DNA of 42,995 nucleotides from an uncultured Phycisphaerales bacterium (GTDB lineage Bacteria; Planctomycetota; Phycisphaerae; Phycisphaerales; SM1A02), in NCBI GenBank assembly GCA_938084645.1, contig CALKEP010000017.1, forward strand, positions 1-42,995. The letters run 5' to 3'. Shown here in pieces: positions 37,356 through 42,995 of this stretch (the first letter of the stretch is position 1; every line of letters begins with the position of its first letter). Below the pieces are notes generated by a model. That model did not search any database, was not told the origin of the DNA, and was given only the letters and a program-made list of their open reading frames with translations. Made by a program: the position numbers and the translations under genes.

Positions 37356-37542
37356 GCGGACGGCGGTCGTCTGACTCGTTGTCGGCGGAAAATGATCGCT
37401 GAGTGCAGGCCTTGCGGGCGGACGTTTCCAGATCTGCAGAGAGACCATGGAAGACATGAATTCGATCGCAAACGCCGAGTAGACGGCCTAGCCTGTGTTC
37501 CCTCGGTTCCCGCCACGAGGCCCTTCCACGGAGAAAGACAAC

Positions 37543-38343
37543 ATGAACACGAAGATGATTCTGCTGAGTAGCGCCATTTCGATCGTCGGCGTCGCCGGCT
37601 CGGTCGGCGCGGATACCTATGACCTCCTTCAGGACGACGCCTCGGCCGTCGTTCCGCTGGAGACCGATTCCAACGGCAACGCCAAGGAGTGCGGCCTCTA
37701 TCTTCGCTTCGGCGCCAGCGTGAACTTCCTCATGGACGTCAAGAGGGAGGACCGGTTCTTCGACGATCCAGGTGGTGGTGTCTTTGCCAGAAAGAACGTC
37801 CTCATGAAGTTCGACCCTGGACTCGAGTTCAACATCGCGCTGGGCATTCCGCTCGCCGAGCGATGGAGCATCGAACTCATGACGGGCATTTCGATGAATA
37901 AGCTCAAGGATTCGACGGCGGACGTGTCCCTGACTCGGGGCGGCGTCACCCAGTCCGCCGTGAGCATCTTCAACGACGGCACCCTCTATCAGGTTCCGAT
38001 CGTCGCGAACCTCCGCTACGAATTCGATCTGACGGAAACGCTCGGGCTCGGCTTGTATGCGGGCGGCGGCATGCAGTACACCTACAACGAGTTCAGCGAT
38101 GGTTTCTACGTCTTCGCCGACCCAAGCAGACCGCCGTTCGGCCAGCAGGACGGAAGCTACTACTCGTGGACACTCCGCTATCAGTTCGGGATCGATCTCT
38201 CCTGGAATGTCGCGACAAACACGACGCTCGGTCTGAGGGTCGGCTACTCCGGGACTGGAGATCGCGACTACGCGGATCCCGACCAAGCCGGCGAAGCCTA
38301 TCGCAACGCCACCATCGGCGCGACGTTTTCGCACACGTTCTGA
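37543..38343 (+). CDS. Outer-membrane beta-barrel protein (8-stranded OmpA-TM-like)
   Basis: Signal peptide; alternating beta strands; VPIVANLRYEF; YQFGIDLSW; C-terminal Phe. Confidence 0.8.
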   Translation: MNTKMILLSSAISIVGVAGSVGADTYDLLQDDASAVVPLETDSNGNAKECGLYLRFGASVNFLMDVKREDRFFDDPGGGVFARKNVLMKFDPGLEFNIALGIPLAERWSIELMTGISMNKLKDSTADVSLTRGGVTQSAVSIFNDGTLYQVPIVANLRYEFDLTETLGLGLYAGGGMQYTYNEFSDGFYVFADPSRPPFGQQDGSYYSWTLRYQFGIDLSWNVATNTTLGLRVGYSGTGDRDYADPDQAGEAYRNATIGATFSHTF

Positions 38344-38424
38344 TGCGCTCGCGTCGGAAGTCATCGACCTCATTCGATGCCATGCGACCGGATGTGACCC
38401 CCGGCCGCTTCACTGCAGAAACCC

Positions 38425-38460
38425 CGAGCCCCGCGGACCTGTCGCCCGCGGGGCTCGCTT
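38425..38460 (+). terminator. Hairpin between the two beta-barrel genes
   Basis: CGAGCCCCGCGG-N9-CCGCGGGGCTCG, a perfect 12-bp stem with a weak U-tract. Confidence 0.55.
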
Positions 38461-38619
38461 CATGTCTGACGAGCCATTGGGGCAGCCTGATCGGCCGTGA
38501 TTCTCGGGATTTGCGAGGGATCCGATCGTCCAGCGATCCGAGGCACTAGGGTGCATCGGACCGATCCTCGATCAATCGCCCGATCGACTCCCCCTCTGCA
38601 TTCGAATCACCGGATCATC

Positions 38620-39423
38620 ATGCCCATCAACACCCACCACCGCCCGGCCGCCCTCGTCATGCTCGTCATGGTCGTCATGGGTGGTTTCGTCGATGAGACC
38701 ACCGGCGCCGAGACCGGCGCGTTTCTCGACGACGACCCCGCGATTTCCGTCGACGCGGACCCCGTGCCGGAGACGGATGCGCTCGGTCTTCATCTTCGCG
38801 TGGATGCCGGCGTCAACTTCGCCAGGGTTCGGACCGCCTCCGGTGTCGCCCAATCGAGCTTCTCGAACGTCGAGATCGACTTCGATCCCGGGGTCGATCT
38901 CGAATTCGGCATCGGCCTGCCACTCGGCGCGTCGAGCGGATGGAGCATCGAGGTGATGACCGGCATCACGATCAACGCCGTCGAATCGATCTCGGGACAG
39001 TTCGCGAGCGCCGCGAACCCCATGCTGGCGGGCACGGTCACCGGAGGAAGCGGCGATCTCTACCAGGTTCCGATCGTCGCGAACCTCCTGTACCGGTTCG
39101 ATCTGAGCGACACGATGGCGCTCGGCCTTCTCGCAGGATTCGGCGGGCAGTACTCGGATCTCGAGGTCGCCGATGTCCGCGTGCTCGATCCGCGGTTCCC
39201 GGGCGGGGTCGACGTGGGCGGTTCCTCATCGAATGGCTGGGCCTTCCGGTATCAGTTCGGGCTCGATCTCTCCTGGTCGCTCTCGAGCCGGGCCTCGCTC
39301 GGTCTGAACGTGCGATACGCCGGCACCACGGACCTGAACGGCGAGTCGGGTTCCGGGTCCGACTTCGACGCGAAGAGCTTTCAGAATCTCGCGATGGGCA
39401 TCACGTTCTCGCTCGCGTTCTGA
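38620..39423 (+). CDS. Outer-membrane beta-barrel protein, paralog of 37543..38343
   Basis: WSIEVMTGI, LYQVPIVANL, RYQFGLDLSW, C-terminal Phe. Confidence 0.8.
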   Translation: MPINTHHRPAALVMLVMVVMGGFVDETTGAETGAFLDDDPAISVDADPVPETDALGLHLRVDAGVNFARVRTASGVAQSSFSNVEIDFDPGVDLEFGIGLPLGASSGWSIEVMTGITINAVESISGQFASAANPMLAGTVTGGSGDLYQVPIVANLLYRFDLSDTMALGLLAGFGGQYSDLEVADVRVLDPRFPGGVDVGGSSSNGWAFRYQFGLDLSWSLSSRASLGLNVRYAGTTDLNGESGSGSDFDAKSFQNLAMGITFSLAF

Positions 39424-39528
39424 GCCGGACCGGAAACACCCCACATTCGCGAGATCAAGGCTTGATCACACGGGAAAACCCATGGAATGCGGTTGCGTGA
39501 TCACCACGAACTCGCGTGCAATGGGTTC

Positions 39529-41517
39529 ATGCCGTACCAGATCAACACCATCCTCCTGTTCGCCACCCTGTCGACCGGCCTGTTCGCCGGCTCGGGAAAC
39601 GCCGATCCGCCGATCGAGCGACCGAAACACCCGGCGACACCCGCACCGGATCGCTTCATCACCGATCGCGAAGGGCGTACCCTCGACCTTCCCGCCGAAG
39701 ACGAGACCTTCACCTTCGTGGTGTTCGGAGACCGCACCGGCGGTCCGGCGGATGGGGTGAAGATCCTCGCCGAGGCGGTCGCCGACACGAATCTCTACGA
39801 ACCCGATCTGGTGATGACGGTCGGCGACCTGATCCAGGGCTACGGCACCGAAGGTCCCTGGATGGATGAGATGCGGGAGTTCCGGGGCATCATGGACGGG
39901 CTTCTCTGTCCCTGGTTCCCGGTGGCGGGGAATCACGACGTCTACTGGCGCGGACCCGATCGACCGGCGAACGAGCATGAAGCGAACTACGAGATGCACT
40001 TCGGTCCGCTGTGGTACGCCTTCGACCACAAGGACCGACGGTTCATCGTGCTCTACACCGACGAAGCCGATCCGAAGACCGGCGAGCGGAACTTCAGCAA
40101 GCCGGCGTCCCAACGAATGAGTCCGGAACAGCTCGCCTGGTTGAAGACGACCCTCGCGAGCGCGAAGGACAAGAAGGACGTCTTCGTGTTCCTCCACCAC
40201 CCACGCTGGATCGGCGGCAACTACGGCGACGACTGGGAACGCGTCCATCCGGTGCTGGCCGAAGCCGGGAACGTCCGCGCGGTGTTCGCGGGTCACATCC
40301 ACCGGATGCGGTACGACGGACCGCGGGACGGCATCGAGTACGTGACGCTCGCGACGGTCGGCGGCGGGCAGTCGGGCCTCGTTCCCGAAGCGGGGTACCT
40401 CCATCAGTTCCATCACGTGACAGTTCGTCCGGACGGAATCGCCCTCGCCGCCATTCCGGTCGGTGAGACGCTGGACGTCCGCGACATCACCGCGACCGTC
40501 TCCAACGAGACCGCACGGCTGGCTCGGTCGACGCCCGCGCTGGACGGCGAACTCCGGATCGACGAAACGGGAGCCGGCACGGGGAGGATCGAAGTCTCGA
40601 TGTCCAATCCCACCGGCAGATCGGTGGAGTTCACCCTGGTTCCCGACTCCCCCGACCGTCGCTGGCGATTCGTTCCCGATCACGCTCATGCGACGATCGA
40701 CCCCGGCGCGTCGGGACGGTTCATCTTCGAGGCGAGCGGCCGGGTCGACGCCATCGACGACGTCTGGACGCCGCCGGCCATCGCCATCGACGCGGACTAC
40801 CTCGGCAGCAACCGGCGGTACGCCATTCCGACCCGCACCCTGGAACTTCCGGTCCGGGTCGACCTCCCCACACCGCCGCGACCCCAACGCGAACAAGCCC
40901 TCGACTTCGACGGCCGCGACGACGCGCTTCGCGTGGAACCCGGCGGATACGACCTTCCCGACGGCCCGTGCACCCTCGAAGCCTGGTTCGAACCCGACAC
41001 CCTCGGGAAGCGGGTCGGCCTGACGACCCGTACCGAGAACAGCGAGTTCGGGCTGTTCATCATGGATGGGATTCCCTCGTTCTGGATCCACCTCGACGGA
41101 ACCTACGTCTCCGCGGAGGCGACCGATCGGATCTCGACCGGTGAATGGCACCACCTCGCCGGAGTCTTCGACGGCGAGGAGGTTCGCCTGTACTTCGACG
41201 GCCGGCTGGTCGCGCGACGACCCGGCGCCGGGAAGCGGACCCGAAACCGGTTCCCGCTGCTGATCGGTGCGGACGTCGACTCGAATGGCCGAGCGACCTC
41301 CAACTTCGATGGGCGAATCGACGAATTCCGGCTCTCGTCGGTGGCTCGCTACACCGGCGAGACGATCGAGCCCGATCGTCGCCACGTCGTCGACGACGAC
41401 ACCGTGCTGCTGCTCCATCTCGACGTCCAGCAGGGCCCCTGGCTTCACGACGAATCCCCGAACGCGGCGCACGCCACGGCGCAGGGATCGCCCCGGGTGG
41501 TGCCGGCCGAAGATTGA
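39529..41517 (+). CDS. Secreted calcineurin-like metallophosphoesterase with C-terminal LamG-like domain
   Basis: FGDRTG, VGDLIQG, AGNHD, FLHHP, AGHIH; C-terminal WHHLAGVFDG..VRLYFDG and FDGRIDEFRLS. Confidence 0.9.
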   Translation: MPYQINTILLFATLSTGLFAGSGNADPPIERPKHPATPAPDRFITDREGRTLDLPAEDETFTFVVFGDRTGGPADGVKILAEAVADTNLYEPDLVMTVGDLIQGYGTEGPWMDEMREFRGIMDGLLCPWFPVAGNHDVYWRGPDRPANEHEANYEMHFGPLWYAFDHKDRRFIVLYTDEADPKTGERNFSKPASQRMSPEQLAWLKTTLASAKDKKDVFVFLHHPRWIGGNYGDDWERVHPVLAEAGNVRAVFAGHIHRMRYDGPRDGIEYVTLATVGGGQSGLVPEAGYLHQFHHVTVRPDGIALAAIPVGETLDVRDITATVSNETARLARSTPALDGELRIDETGAGTGRIEVSMSNPTGRSVEFTLVPDSPDRRWRFVPDHAHATIDPGASGRFIFEASGRVDAIDDVWTPPAIAIDADYLGSNRRYAIPTRTLELPVRVDLPTPPRPQREQALDFDGRDDALRVEPGGYDLPDGPCTLEAWFEPDTLGKRVGLTTRTENSEFGLFIMDGIPSFWIHLDGTYVSAEATDRISTGEWHHLAGVFDGEEVRLYFDGRLVARRPGAGKRTRNRFPLLIGADVDSNGRATSNFDGRIDEFRLSSVARYTGETIEPDRRHVVDDDTVLLLHLDVQQGPWLHDESPNAAHATAQGSPRVVPAED

Positions 41518-41557
41518 GCCGGCTTCACATCGAACGTGGATCTGGGAGGATCCGGGT

Positions 41558-42988
41558 GTGAATTCGGATTCCCGACAACCCGACGCCTCCGCCGATGCGG
41601 TCGATCTCGCGATCGTCGGCAACGGCGTGGTCGCGATGTCGATCGCGATCGAACATCGACGCCGCGTTCCGGATGCCCGAGTCGCGGTGATCGGTCCCCG
41701 ACGGCGTCCCGGTTCCGCCTCCCTGGCCGCGGGAATCATGCTCGCATCGCATTCCGAGGTCGAAGCGACCACGTTCCGGCACGCCGCGGGCCGCGCGAAG
41801 TTCGACCTGATCCGATCCGCGGTCGCGGACTGGCCCGAGTGGCTCGACGGACTCGCCGCGATCGCCGGCCTCGAGCCGCCTCCGATCCGCCGTGGCACGG
41901 TGGTGCTCGACAACCCGAACATCAGCGGATTCGATCCGCCGAACTTCGACGCGATCCTCGAAGCCCTTCGCCGCGACGAGGCGGACCACGAGCTCGTCGA
42001 TCCGAAGGATCTCCGCGGGTACCGGCCGGCCGCCCACCTTCGGGCCTCTCGCGGCGTCCGCATTCCCGGTGACGGCGCCGTCGACGCCTTCGCGGTGATG
42101 AATCTGCTCGACGAGGCCGCCACTGCGCTTGAGATCGAACGAATCGACGGTCGCGCGGAGTCCGTCCATGACGGGATCATCCGATTCGAACACGGGCCGG
42201 ACGTTCGAGCGGAACGAATCATCGTGGCCGCGGGTGCCGCCAGCGATGAACTGATCCGGAGGATTCCCGAACTCGACGGTCGCGTACCGCGGGTCCTGCA
42301 CGGAACCGGGGTCGGCCTTCGATGTCGCGCGACGCCCGAGGTGACCACGCCGGACGAGGTGCTCCGAACGCCCAACCGCGGCGCCGGGCTCGGCGTCTAC
42401 CACGTGCCCATCGGATCCGATCGCTTCTACCTCGGAGCGACCAACGTGGTGTCCTTCGAAGCTCGGGAACACGCTCGGCTCGGATCGCTTCACCTCGTCC
42501 TGCAATCGGCGATGGACGAGATCTCCTCGGATCTGCGCCACGCCGAGTGCCGAATGGTGACCGGGCATCGACCGATCGGCGCCGACGGGTTCCCGTTGCT
42601 CGGCCGGACGAGCGTGCCGGGACTGTGGATCGCCACGGGAACCCGCCGCGATGGCGTGACCGCCGCCCCCGAGATCGCTCGACGCTTCGTGGACGAACTC
42701 CTCGGAATGGATGGCGGCCTGCCCGCATCCCTGTCTCCCGAACGCGCGCCGATCGTGGTGCTCGATCGCGACCAGGGCATCGACGTGGCGGTACGAAGTC
42801 GACTGATCGGCCCGGGATCGAGTCCCGGCGGAAGCGGTGGCCGGCTCGAGGACGAGGTCCGCCGTCAGGTCGTCCGCCTGTACGATCGCGCCGGCCTCGA
42901 CGTGGGGGTGCCCGCGGAACTGCTCGACCTGTACGCCGAGGGACGGCTCGATGCGTCGAATCTCGTCGCCTCGACGGACACCGAATGA
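41558..42988 (+). CDS. FAD-dependent oxidoreductase (DAO / glycine oxidase ThiO-like)
   Basis: AIVGNGVVA, ASLAAGIML, IVAAGA, YLGATN, GHRPIGADGFPLLG, ATGTRRDGVTAAP. GTG start after GGAGGA. Confidence 0.85.
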   Translation: MNSDSRQPDASADAVDLAIVGNGVVAMSIAIEHRRRVPDARVAVIGPRRRPGSASLAAGIMLASHSEVEATTFRHAAGRAKFDLIRSAVADWPEWLDGLAAIAGLEPPPIRRGTVVLDNPNISGFDPPNFDAILEALRRDEADHELVDPKDLRGYRPAAHLRASRGVRIPGDGAVDAFAVMNLLDEAATALEIERIDGRAESVHDGIIRFEHGPDVRAERIIVAAGAASDELIRRIPELDGRVPRVLHGTGVGLRCRATPEVTTPDEVLRTPNRGAGLGVYHVPIGSDRFYLGATNVVSFEAREHARLGSLHLVLQSAMDEISSDLRHAECRMVTGHRPIGADGFPLLGRTSVPGLWIATGTRRDGVTAAPEIARRFVDELLGMDGGLPASLSPERAPIVVLDRDQGIDVAVRSRLIGPGSSPGGSGGRLEDEVRRQVVRLYDRAGLDVGVPAELLDLYAEGRLDASNLVASTDTE

Positions 42989-42995
42989 GGAACGG

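Noticed and set aside
39453..39467. Palindrome GATCAAG-G-CTTGATC
   Set aside because: Single short instance in GATC-rich DNA; no supporting context.
39466..42375. 969-aa minus-strand ORF
   Set aside because: Antisense to two well-supported plus-strand genes.
1..42995. CRISPR arrays, tRNA/rRNA, IS elements, prophage or defence genes
   Set aside because: No regularly spaced repeats, cloverleaf motifs, transposase/integrase or defence-domain signatures seen by eye.

Overview
High-GC bacterial chromosomal segment, most likely Planctomycetota (Phycisphaerae-like). The taxon is inferred from VPGPG/IPTPA-type PEP-CTERM tails and planctomycete-style small conserved proteins, not from a search. About 41 CDS, mostly scattered housekeeping genes (dusB, scpB, atpC, holB, dapB, ferredoxin, efp, gdhA, pcp, a DEAD-box-family helicase). 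There are also secreted hydrolases, a translationally coupled amidohydrolase pair, tandem PEP-CTERM paralogs, tandem outer-membrane beta-barrel paralogs, an orphan chemoreceptor and an orphan flgM. I found no rRNA, tRNA, CRISPR array, integrase or transposase. The most interesting signal is a sigma-28-like promoter motif (YCAAG-N16-NNCGAW) upstream of the chemoreceptor, flgM and a Lys/Arg-repeat histone-H1/Hc2-like gene. It suggests a sigma-28 link between motility and nucleoid condensation, resembling chlamydial hctB; this is a hypothesis read by eye. Also notable: a helicase with several altered core motifs, a small DRR/ERR-repeat protein, and structured intergenic regions.
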